DNA of 62,145 nt, filler included, from Pirum gemmata (GCA_002812295.1; 10 parts of 10 records of this genome joined end to end with filler, not necessarily neighbours in it); one strand, 5' to 3'; shown: positions 12,517-24,150, counted from the whole stretch's first letter. Translations and numbers: made by a program. The notes: a model not told the origin generated them from the sequence alone.

Positions 12517-12603
12517 AAATTAACGTCTATATATATAGTAAAAAAACAGTCTTTTTCGCGAAAAAGACTGATTTTTTACTATATATATATAGACGTTAAT
12601 TTG
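12517..12603. repeat. Near-perfect ~87 bp inverted repeat (foldback)
   Basis: CAAATTAACGTCTATATATATAGTAAAAAAACAGTCTTTTTCG|CGAAAAAGACTGATTTTTTACTATATATATATAGACGTTAATTTG. Confidence 0.85.
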
Positions 12604-12676
12604 ATTATTTGCATTCTTATCATTGATAGTATTGTTGGTTTTAAAAGTACTAAATAATATCATTTAATTATTACAG

Positions 12677-12890
12677 CTTGTCAAAAAACAGTAGGGAATT
12701 GTAAAATTTACGAAAACAATTGTGATGAATTTTATGTTAGTAAGTGCATGTCTTGTAAAAATGGTTTTTTTTTAAATGCTATTATTAACACATGTGAAGA
12801 ATGTACTAATGTCAAACATTGTGCAGAATATGACGAGAATGCACAGTGCAATATCGAAGGAGAAAAAAATTGCCAAACTTGCTCATCAGG
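12677..12890 (+). CDS. Internal exon of a cysteine-rich (CXXC, furin-like/growth-factor-receptor-type) extracellular protein
   Basis: TTACAG acceptor and GG|GTAAAA donor enclose an open frame: CQKTVGNCKIYENNCDEFYVSKCMSCKNGFFLNAIINTCEECTNVKHCAEYDENAQCNIEGEKNCQTCSSG. It is not in the ORF track, and the other exons were not identified. Confidence 0.75.
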
Positions 12891-13077
12891 GTAAAAATGA
12901 TTAAACTTGAGAAATTTGTTTTTATAATAACAATAAAATACCAATATCAATACCAATATCAATATCAATACCAATACGAGTGCAAGTACAAGCTTAAGAA
13001 CAATAACAATAACAATAACAATAACAATAACAATAACAATAATAATAATAATAATGATAATAATAATAATAATAATA

Positions 13078-13119
<42 letters not shown>

Positions 13120-13502
13120 AAACGAAGCTATAGTGAAAATCAAGAGATTTCTACTTATAGTATAACACCTGCAACAATATATGTAAACAAACAAATTATT
13201 AAAACATGCAAAAGCAACTAAAGTTAAATAGTAAATAGTATCTAAGTATAAGGGTTATCTGAATATATAAATCAGAAGAGGAATTTAAAGTATTTGTACT
13301 CATACAGAAGTACATTAGATATACTTGTAAAATAATTAGCAAATTTACAATATAAAGCCCCTTTAGAAGAAAAAACTTTAATATAATTGTAAACAATATG
13401 AATAGCTTAATATGTAATGTGTTTAAAGTAAGTAACTAAGGATGAAAGTTATAAGATCAAGAAGTAAAAAGCCAAGAGTTATTTTTAAAAGTATTGTTAT
13501 GT

Positions 13503-13690
13503 TTAAATAATTTAGTTGAAATGAAAATTTCCTTTTTATATACTTTTAAAGTAATAGAACACCCATATTTGCAAAAATTGCCATCTAAGGTCAAGTTTAA
13601 AACTTTAAATAGTCTAGTAGAAATGAAAATTTCCTTAAAATATACTTTTAAATTAACAGAACACCCAAATTTGTAAAATTACCCATTTTA
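13503..13690. repeat. Two diverged tandem copies with a 102-bp period
   Basis: GAAATGAAAATTTCCTT...ATATACTTTTAAA.TAA.AGAACACCCA at 13518 and 13620. Confidence 0.7.
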
Positions 13691-13958
13691 GGTTATTATT
13701 TATGGTGTAAACTTCATTTGTGGTAGTTAATTGTGTATGTATTTTTTCACAAGTTTATATAGAAATCAATAAATGAAATGTCAACAAAAAACTAAAAAAA
13801 ATCCAGATCCGGATGTATTGGGTTCAAATTTCCCTGACCAAGGCGAAGACCGTCTATAAACACAACATAGAGTCCATAAAATATTTTCCAATAACAACCA
13901 GTCGGGGTTTTCCAATAATTTTCCCCACCTGTGAATCAAAAAAAAATACAATAATATG

Positions 13959-14059
<101 letters not shown>

Positions 14060-14703
14060 ATTTAAAAACAAAATTTGAAAACAAAATTTGAAAACAAAAC
14101 AATTATTGGAAAATGTTTATTATGTAAAAAATGTTAACAAAAAAATAAAATAAAATAAAATAATATCATTAATAATAATATTTTACATTAAAATTATAAA
14201 CAAAAGTTAAGGTGAATGTATAAGGAACTTTCCTAAAGAAAATATATTTTATAATTTTTATTCTGTACGTTTTTACAAGTTCAAATTGTTTGTTTGCCAA
14301 TGGGAAGTTTTTTTATGAAAAAAAAGTCCTGAAAAGAATGGGGGAAGGTTGGCTTTGAAAAAAAATACCGTTAAATGTGCCTACTTTTTTTAATTTAAGC
14401 CAAAAAGCTTTTTGGTTTTGTTCACCTTTTTTACTTAACCATTTATTAACAATAAATACATAAAATATACCTAAATATTCCTAATAAACAATTAAGCTGT
14501 TTTTAAAAATGTGAACATTTTTTCGAGGACAATCAATACCAGTAGACAGTACACGCAACTAACTGTACAGTATTAGTAAACAAAAACAATAACAATATTA
14601 ATAACAATAACTAAATTGACGACAACAACAATAACTATAACAATAACAAAAACAATAACAACCACCACCATCACAATGTTAATAATAATAATGTTAATAT
14701 AGC

Positions 14704-14734
<31 letters not shown>

Positions 14735-14950
14735 GGACATTGATATTGAATACTTGTATTTCGCCTTGAATCATTACAATATTAAACCATAAAAATAACA
14801 ATAACAATAACAATAAAAATAAAAATAAAAATAAAAATAACAATAACAATAACAATAACAATAACAATAACAATAACAATAGCAATATAAATAACAATNN
14901 NNNNNNNNNNNNNNNNNNNNNNNNNNNNNNNNNNNNNNNNNNNNNNNNNN

Positions 14951-14981
<31 letters not shown>

Positions 14982-14994
14982 CCTCTGTTTTTTA

Positions 14995-15335
14995 AATTTT
15001 CTATCCACCAAAAAATTTCAATATTCATATTTTATTGTTTCTGTCTACCAACAAATTTCTCTTTTTTCTTTTTTTAAAAAAATAGAAAGCTCGAATGGTG
15101 TTGTTTTTATTGTTTATAGTATTTTAAAGGTTTCTATCTACCAACAAGTTTTTGAATTATTTTGAAGTGTTTCTATATCAACAAATTTCTTCTTTTTTTT
15201 AAAATTTTAATTCTAAAAATTAAAAAAGAAGAAACATTTGCTAGTCTAATCTGTCTAATCCCAATATATACATACTAAAGGCTTCTTTCTACCAACATTT
15301 TTAGATGTTTTTTAAAAAGTTCTATCTACTAACAG
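14995..15335. repeat. Cluster of ~6 TTTCTATCTACCAACAAATTT-like motifs
   Basis: Variants at ~14998, 15038, 15131, 15170, 15285 and 15320. Confidence 0.6.
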
Positions 15336-16300
15336 TTTTAAAAAGAGTGTAAACTTCAGTTTTATTTTCATACCTCCTTCAATTTATTTATTATTTAATT
15401 ACAGGACTGCTTTCCAGAAAGGGAAAGAAAACAAAACAAAAAAAAGTCAATTGCCAGGGTTTAGAAATGCGCCGAGACTTTCGCTTAATTAAGTCCTTAT
15501 TATTATTTTTTTGAAAGTTTCGAGATGGAGGGTCTACTAAAGCTGTTCATATGATTGCGCACCAACCAAAGTACTTAGTTTCTTATATTTATATTTAGAG
15601 CGGAACAAAGGCTAAAAAAGGAAACGTAGACACAAAACTCGAAATAAGGTTAAGGAAAACTATAAAATGATACTTTCGGAGAAAACCCAACCAAAAAAAA
15701 ATTATGTAACCATTTTCTGAGAAACCCTGGCCAGACCTCGCATTTTAATAATTGTCTCTTTATTAAAAGAAAAACTAAAAAGGTACCGAAAAAAGGTTTT
15801 GAAACTCATAAAGTGCTTCGAAATTCGCAAAAGGGCGTCGAGTATGAAACCACTAATAAATTTTGCGGACCACTAAAAAAAACACTTTTTCATCGTCTAC
15901 GTTTCCCTTTCTGGGAACCAGTTAGGGGTTTTCCAATATTTATCATATAAAAAAAAAACATCACTTGGATTATAAAATAGAAATAACAAACAAATTCAAA
16001 TATAACAAAGAAAATTACATTTTTGACTGGGTAAGATGAATCTATAATCAAATCTATAATCAATTAAAGAAAGAAATTTCAAGTACAATAGAAAAAAAAC
16101 AACAAAAACAATTACCAATAAAACTAGAAATTTCTACATAGACCTTCTATACATCATTGGACTTGTTATTTTGAAAACAGATAACAAAGGAAATATATTA
16201 GTCAATTTCCCAACAAAAGAAAAAGAACAAAATATAATTAGAAAGTTGGCGTAGGTGAAAAAAATTTAAATAATAGAATTAGAATATTTTTTTCATAGAG

Positions 16301-16373
16301 TTAACCCCACCCTAAATTTTATTAGTCAGCCCAAGAAAATTTTCAAAAAACTTCCGATATCGGAAGTTTTTTG
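16301..16373. mobile_element. Candidate right terminus of the piggyBac-like element, with a 30-bp perfect palindrome
   Basis: TTAA|CCCC at 16301-16308, ~380 bp beyond the stop codon. CAAAAAACTTCCGAT|ATCGGAAGTTTTTTG at 16344-16373. The other end is outside the contig, so the TIR cannot be confirmed. Confidence 0.4.
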
Positions 16374-16686
16374 GAGAAAATAATTCGAAGTGTTTTTTTG
16401 AAATCGAAATATAGTCTACCAAGAAAAAAAAAAAAAATGAAGAAATCAATTCGAGAAGAATAAAAAACCCATAAAATAAAAACCAAAGAAATAAATAGAA
16501 TAAAAGCAGTGCTTTATGTTTATACTACAATTAGTTTGTTAATAATTAAATGCACTAATAACTGTGCTACTTTAAAAACTAATGACACTCTTTATTACGT
16601 CATATAAACTATGACGCAATATTTACATCATAATGTATAGTCTATTTGAAATAGGAAAAAAATGAAAATGTTTTATTTTTATTTTG

Positions 16687-18480
16687 TTATGATAAATTGA
16701 AAATTTCATTCTGCCTTAAGTTTGCACTACTTAGAGCTATGCTTATACCATTGCTATGGGCTTGGTACCAACAACTATTTTTATAATATTTCCCACCATA
16801 CTGAAATATATCGGGAACTGAAGGTTTTACAATTATGGCACCAGGGTCCATTCGTTTTTGGTCTTCATAAGCCTGAAGTAAATGAGGTTGTACATGAACA
16901 TCTTGCATATGGAATCGTTGATGACATAGCAAACAAAACATGATTGTACTGGGTGTTGTGCTTTTATGACAATAAGAGCATTGTGATTTTGACTTATTAT
17001 TGATATAGTTGTTGGGTTCTTTCTCAGCACAACTAAACATGGGCACTCCCATACAGTTTTCACGTCTATCGCGTTCAAGTTGAATAGCTGCTACATCATT
17101 TTTATATCTTTTAGCAACTGAAAATTCATTACTGGATATTTTTCTAGGTGTCATTTTTGTAGGAGACAAGAAAAGGTTACTATGTGTAACAACTGTTTTA
17201 GGTTCGTGGTTTGCAGAAGTTTTATTCCTTTTCCTTGACAGTGTTACCTCTGGATCATTAGGGTTAGTATTAGTATTGTCTCTTGATAATACCGTGTTGA
17301 ACTCGGGAATTGGTAAGTTTAAAAGAAAGCGTTGATATCCACCTTTAGCTGTTGCATGGTCTCTTTTTTTTCTAAATTGAGATATTGACATTAAGTTATC
17401 AACATTTTTTATTTCGATAAATTGATTGACTGCATACATATTTCTCAACGCGAAACTCAAGTACTCCATAAATAAACGCATTGACACTGAATCGGCAATA
17501 GGCGAATAATCTCTTATCAATCTTGATAGAATATCTTCTCCTCCCATTGTTTTATTATATGCCACAACAACTGCTGGTTTCAACTTGAAAACATTTGATA
17601 TAAGCACCGGATGCTTGTTACATTCCATAGCTAAATTATAACACGAAAGAAGAGAATTCATATCAGGAAAGTTTTTCATTCTTCTATGATTGTTTTTTAT
17701 TAACCTTTTGCAAAATTGTTTTGTTTCTAGCGGCATGTCACGAGTGAGTAACCAAGGTAAAGATGTGTTGATTTCTTCCTTTGCAGCGTTAATAAAAGAA
17801 TCCAAAATTTCTGAAGTTGTTTGAATTTAAACTACTCTTATATTTTTTCCTTTTATGAAACCAACACATGTACCCATCACAACCATATGCTCAAGCAACT
17901 GAAGTCTATGTTTCTGACCAGGTAAAACTTTACTCAAGAGTTCACCACTATTCTCTTTGCTTAAATCAATTGTAACATACATACCGTATAGTTCTTTCAA
18001 GGTATTCTCTGCAGTTGTAGTTCCTACTGTACATCTTTTTTTCAATTCCAATACAAATAGTAATAAATCATCTACACTGATATCTGAAGATGGATCATAA
18101 TAACCAACCGCGATTGCTTTTTCAAGTTTTTGCTGATCTGGTTTATCTGATAAGTGACGCGTGTGCAATGGAAAGCTTTGTTTATATAACACTTTTGGTA
18201 TAAAAGTAGCTGCAGTTTTAGTCTTATTGACATAGGAACGTGAAAAGTAATCTGTTGCATTCAACCACACTTTGAAGTCAGTAAGACCATTTGCTATTTC
18301 CTCCTCTGTGTAATTTTTTTTACAAGCTGAAGGTCATTTTTATCGAAATACGCTTCTGAAGACTATTGTATTCCTTGCAAAGATTTAAAAACAAAATCAC
18401 AAGATTGTACTTGGGTGTGCTTTTTTAATTGAGGATAAAAGGCATAAACTAATCCTATTATGAAAGAAATTAACATTTTA
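16687..18480 (-). pseudogene. Decayed piggyBac-like transposase (C-terminal part), 5'-truncated by the contig end
   Basis: ORFs 17827-18270 and 16687-17805 are in the same frame, split by one TAA (IRVV*IQTTSEILDSF), with a frameshift near 18335. KPAVVVAYNKTMGGED matches the piggyBac P..V..YN..MGGVD third-Asp motif. The C-terminal CSYC...CLLC...CW..H resembles the piggyBac Cys-rich domain. Confidence 0.65.
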
Positions 18481-18583
18481 ATANNNNNNNNNNNNNNNNN
18501 NNNNNNNNNNNNNNNNNNNNNNNNNNNTTAATTAATTAANNNNNNNNNNNNNNNNNNNNNNNNNNNNNNNNNNNNNNNNNNNN

Positions 18584-18618
18584 CCTAACCCTAACCCTAA
18601 CCCTAACCCTAACCCTAA
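18584..18618. repeat. (CCCTAA)n at a contig start; possible chromosome end
   Basis: About six units, in the orientation expected for a left telomere. It could equally be an assembly break inside an interstitial tract. Confidence 0.6.
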
Positions 18619-19046
18619 TCAAGCAAAATTTACTAATCACGAGCTAGCAAAATATCAGCTAATGCAATAATAGTATAAATTTATATTAGAATATTATTGA
18701 TAATAATTTTAATAACCAAAAAGTGTTGGAATATTATCTGTAACGACTTATATATATTATATAGAAGCACAAGATTGAGGGAATAAAAAGAAAAGACAGA
18801 AAAAAATCCTGAATAACAGGAACAAAATAATCTGGATTAATTAACAATTTAGGAATATAATATTATTAATGCTACCGTACCATTGGATTATAAAATATAG
18901 ATGAATAAATCATAAAATTCATTTCACACTTTGAATGTTTTTTTACTTTTTATTTATATTTATTTCACAGAAACTTTCTTTCTTATCCTAACTCCTAAAC
19001 AATAAGAAAATTTTCATATAATTGATTTAAAAGAGGGTTACAGCCA

Positions 19047-19661
19047 TCAGCAGTTACCTACAGTATAAAAATCATAAGTTTTCCCGCTTGCCAGTTCGGT
19101 TTCTTGGTGGCCATTTTGATATAAAGAACACCTCGCTGCAGTACCCCACATGAACCCAACACAAGGATCGTTGAATTTACACTGTTCAAAGCAGTCGTCT
19201 ACACTATTAACAAATCTTAAATCAACAAGTTTATTAGCTTGATAGTATTGAAATCCACTCATATCACCTTGGTGAGAGATTCTCCAGGAATATTCGTTAG
19301 CGTATTTAGTTTTACATTTTTGGTTAACGTGAGGAGGAGGAGTTGGACATGATGTCATAGTGTAGACGTTATAAGTTTTGCCACTTGCAATTTTTTCATT
19401 GCTTCCTTGTTGAAATAATTCACAACGACCAGGAGTACCCCATAAGTAAGCCACGCAAGGTGCATTGAATTTACATTGTTCAAAACAATCGTTTTCTGAT
19501 TTAACATTAGCATTACTGATGACTGCTAACTTATTAACAGACAAGTAGTTAAAACCGGCCATACTTCCTCGATGATCAAGTTGCCATTTGTATTCATTAG
19601 GGTACAATTGTTTGCATCGGTTGTCTACGGCTGCACCAGAAACGGTAGAAAATACTTTCAT
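19047..19661 (-). CDS. Protein with two tandem PAN/apple-like domains (probably secreted; a 5' exon may be missing)
   Basis: Two ~90-aa repeats, each with six Cys and the core DCFEQCKFN.PCV...WGT..RC.L, joined by PTPPP. The N-terminus looks like an incomplete signal peptide. Confidence 0.8.
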   Translation of the reverse strand: MKVFSTVSGAAVDNRCKQLYPNEYKWQLDHRGSMAGFNYLSVNKLAVISNANVKSENDCFEQCKFNAPCVAYLWGTPGRCELFQQGSNEKIASGKTYNVYTMTSCPTPPPHVNQKCKTKYANEYSWRISHQGDMSGFQYYQANKLVDLRFVNSVDDCFEQCKFNDPCVGFMWGTAARCSLYQNGHQETELASGKTYDFYTVGNC

Positions 19662-20218
19662 TATTTTTTTTTTAAAAGTTTTTTCTTTTTTTTTTTTTTT
19701 TGCGATGTAGGTAATAATTATTAAAAAATATTATTTTGTAAATTATATTTTTTCAGTTATTATTGTGATTATTATGTTTTATTTTTATTTTATTTTTTTA
19801 AAATTATTTTTGTTTTTCACTCTAGTTTATATACTATTATTTCCGTCATTATTATTATTTTCATTCGTTACTCCGATTTATACATATTAGTATTGAAAGC
19901 CTCTGTAAGAGACCCTATAAGTAGAGTTATGATCGTATTTACAATTTTACAGTGTATTAGTCTTTATGTGCTTTTCTTTTATTTTGGTCACTCTGAACAT
20001 TTGCTTGGTAGAGTATAATCTTTAAATTGATATTTTTAAATGAATAAATAGGTAATCAAGTATAGCAAATTAAATTAAATGGGTTTATATTGTATTAAAA
20101 TTTGGTAGCCTTTAGTAGTATATTAAAAATGATGACCAAAACAACTTTTAAAAAAAAGCACCAGTCTCATTTGTCTATATAAAAATCTATACAAATATTT
20201 ATTGTGATAAGAAAAAAC

Positions 20219-20454
20219 AGTAGGGGTTAGATGACGTCATCCTATTATTACCGAACAGCTGCCGGAACTTTTTCGATTTTATGGTTTTATTACTATTACT
20301 GTTAATATTGTTACTTTAATTAGTATCTACTATAATTATATTTACTATTTTACGCTGTTTAACTGCTATTATTAGTAAGAAACACGGAACTAAGGTTGGC
20401 TCGATAAGCATCTGTTCGAAAAAAGTTCCAGTAGATAGATATCTCACCCCTACT
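20219..20454. mobile_element. MITE family E1 (~235 bp) with 8-bp TSD; copies 46357-46589 (intact), 12227-12309 and 29091-29303 (truncated)
   Basis: TIR AGTAGGGGT(G/T)AGAT...ATCTCACCCCTACT. TSD GAAAAAAC at 20211/20455 and ATTAGAAT at 46349/46590. Confidence 0.92.
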
Positions 20455-23400
20455 GAAAAAACTTGGCATTGGTCAAGTATTTCAAAAGAAAACCCTGAGA
20501 GCTCCTATCATAAACCTATCATAAACTACTCTCTAGCTAAACACTGCTAAACTAAAAATCTAGTAGCAAACAATCTAAAAACGTTCTACTTTTTTTTACT
20601 AATTATTAAAAGTTCCATTTTTTTTTTCATATTCGAAAATTTCAAATCTATTTATTAAATACTAATTACGTTGCTTAATTAATGTTCAAAAAAAACTAAA
20701 CATTCTAGTGAAACCCAAAAGTCAGACAGACGTTTTTACATTGTTTGCACCATAATAGTAGCCATGGGCAAAAAAAAAAAATCGAGTCTACAATAATAAT
20801 AATAATAATGACAACTATCAATATAACAAATATAATTATATTATAATAACTTATAATTATGTATTATTGATATTATTATTATTATTATTCTTGCTTATTG
20901 AAAAATTGGAAGACGAAAATCTGAAGAGGTAGACCATGATACAAAACTATAGACTATATAATATTATCGATATTATTCATCATTATGATGTATTATTAAC
21001 CAAATTAATTCCATAATACATCGTTATGATGTATATAATATTAAGATTCTGCCACTATGATAATTATCATACAGTCTTGTAACTTATTCTTTTGTATAAT
21101 TACTTTAATTTATTAAATAGATCTTTTAATTGGTTTTTTCATTTGCTATCACATTAATATTACTATATTAATATTATTGTTGTTATTATTGTTGCTATTT
21201 ATCACTATCATTTTCTTTATTGCTAATGTTTTATTATCTATTATTACTATATAACTGATCTAGAAGGAGTCAATAGAATATGAAAATTTGTTGATTTAAT
21301 TAACCATTTAACCATGCATTATTTCTTGCAATTTTTTTAAAAAGCACAACTACTACCAAACACTACCAAACTATTTCAAACTACGCTAGTACTGTAAGTA
21401 TTACAAACTGTGATAATGAATAATATTAAAAAGATACAATAATGCATGATAATATCATACAACGTTACAATAACCTGTTTAGGATGGATTGTAACGATCG
21501 GATAGACAGTTCGATAGACTATAAAATGATTCGCATTTCAAATTTTATGATTTTAAAAAAAAGTTTTTTTTTAAAAAAAAGTTAGTTGTCAACTAAGACT
21601 CAACTTGACACAATGTCATTGACTCTGGTGACCCCCCCATCAGCAATCATCCCACTCACAATCCATATATGTATATATATATGAGTTCACTCTTCCATGA
21701 GTTCACTAACCCCACTATACTTCCGCTATGTTCACTATGCCAAAAAACAAAATTCCATTGTTTCTAAATCGCCCAATTAAAATGCAAAAAATGGAAATGA
21801 AATTCTGAAAACCAAAGAATCAGATGAATCAGACTAGCTCTAGCTAGAGGAGTAAGAAGGGCTATCCCCTGGTAGTTCCTTTAAAAGGAAAAAACGGATC
21901 GGACTGGTTCGGGGTGACTCACAACTATTTTTTTTTTTTAAATATTGTATCGATAGAAGCTGTAATGTTCAACAACAGTTACTGTAGAACTCTTTTTATA
22001 CCGTCCATTTTATTGCAGTTGTCCTCTCAATCTTTGTTTTGGCACTGGTTAAATGTATAATTGAACTTGTTTATAAAATACAGCATTAATTATAAAATAC
22101 CAAATTAATTAAAAAATGTCCAATAGTTTAACCATAATAATAATCTGGTATGTTTAAATTTATTTCAGTCATAATACAATCGATCATACTTTTAATGAGA
22201 CTAACTCTTGAATGAAATTTTGAGTGATTGTATGTATACTTTTTTAAGTATCTATGTAGTCTATGTCTACATACTACTAATTTCAAAACTCGGCAGTAGT
22301 AGAGTGAGTGGTCCGTGACGCCAGTATTACCCCAAGAGCCATTTTTTTTTCGATAATAAACAAACGTTAATAAAAAAAAATGAACATAATAATATATAAT
22401 TATAAATATATCATAAGAAAAAAGAAATTTTATATATACATAGGGCCACAGTCACATGGTATGGGCGGCGGTCTGCTAAAAATACTGACCAAAATATATA
22501 ACCTATATCTAACCCTAACCCTAACCCTAACCCTAACCCTATCCCAACCCTAACCCTAACCCTAACCCTAACCCTAACCCTAACCCTAACCCTAACCCTC
22601 TATTTCATTACAGTTGTCCTCTCAATCTTTAATTTGGTACTGTTTAAGTTTATTTGCGCCTGTTTATAAATACAATATTAATTATAAAATACCAATTTAA
22701 TAAAAACATACCCGATATATAGCTTAACCATAATAACAATTTGGTACGTTTATTCAACTTTTTGAACTGGACAACACTATTGAAAAACACGATGCATCGT
22801 GCTTTTCATTTATTTTGGTCACTCTGAATATTTATTTGGTTGGTTATAATATTTAAGTTGGCATTTTTAAATGAATAAATAGATTATAAAATATACCAAA
22901 TTAAATTAAATGGATTTATATTATATTAATTTGGTACTCTTTATTGTTTATTTTATGATGACAAAAAAACTAACGCCCGGACTAAGCCTAGCTAGCTAGC
23001 GGACTAAGCTGCCTGTGAAGGCAAAGTGAGTGCAAACTTGCAAAGTGTCACTGGTGTCACTAGCAAAGTGTCAAGTGAAAAAAATCAATAAAGAGCCAAT
23101 CACCGGGCTACTAAAAAAAAATAACCAAATCGAGAAGCTGAAAGACAAAACATTTTTTGGCTTTTTTTTATTGGCTATTCTACAATCTCTACTTGACCCT
23201 CGAGCTCGATCAGAGGCTCGATCTTCTCGGCTCGATCTTCTTTTCGTTTGTAAACAAGATAATCTTTTGGCTTTTTTGAGCCCCCCGCCCCAGACTAAGA
23301 TAGAGCGGGGGAGTGGANGGGGAGTGGAGAGATAGGCTAGAGAACCATATCATTTATTTTGTTACTCGGAATATTTATTTGGAGGATTATAATCTTTAAA

Positions 23401-24011
23401 TTGACATTTTTAAATCAATAAATAGATAATAAAATATACCTAATTAAATTAAATGGATTTATATTGTATTAATTTGGTACTATTTGGTACAAAATAACTT
23501 GAAAAGCACGATAGCTACTACTAGCTAGAGAGACTATGATACTAGCTACTCTAGTAGAACACTAGCTAGTCTATCATATTGAAAAACACGATAGGTAAAG
23601 TTGTAGCTACAACGTTAATTAACTATCATACTTTAGTTAGTTAGTAACCCTTCCGGTCAAATAGACTACAGCTTCGAATACCCCCTACCTACCTACCCCT
23701 CGACGTTAATTTCCGGTCAAATACCACCTACCTACCTACCCCTTGACGTGACGTATTATTTGAACGCTCCCATAGTTAGACTATCGATACATAAAATTTT
23801 TTTATGGAATGATCTGTAGGAAAAGGCATACAATTTTTATATTTCGAAACTTATCGAACATAAGTAATTTAGTTGTATTTTATAGATTTGAAATGTTCAA
23901 ACCTTTTAAAAAAAAAGTGGGGCTTTAGTAAAAAAAAGTAGAACGTTTTTAGTTTTTTTGCACCATAATAAAAGAGTCTAGCTAGCTAGTTGAACCTACT
24001 ACTAGTACCAA

Positions 24012-24150
24012 GACTTTCGCTCATTATCTCCATTGTTGTTGCAATTATAAATGAAGATAACGATGATTATTATAAGTATAGGCATGTCCTATATAGTTGC
24101 TTTAATAAACATATTAATAGTAACAATAACAATGGAGATATGAGAAAGTC
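24012..24150. mobile_element. 139-bp TIR element with GAC...GTC termini
   Basis: Left end GACTTTCGCTCATTATCTCCATTGTTGTTG; right end (reverse complement) GACTTTCTCATATCTCCATTGTTATTG. The right end is followed by TA. Confidence 0.7.

Noticed and set aside
13494..13676. TPR/ankyrin-like protein from the 102-bp repeat
   Set aside because: Neither strand shows a recognisable consensus and frames are interrupted. It was kept only as a DNA repeat.
17827..17829. Stop-codon reassignment or programmed readthrough at the in-frame TAA
   Set aside because: Enolase and Hsp104 end in TAA and have no internal stops. The element also has a frameshift upstream, so ordinary decay is simpler.
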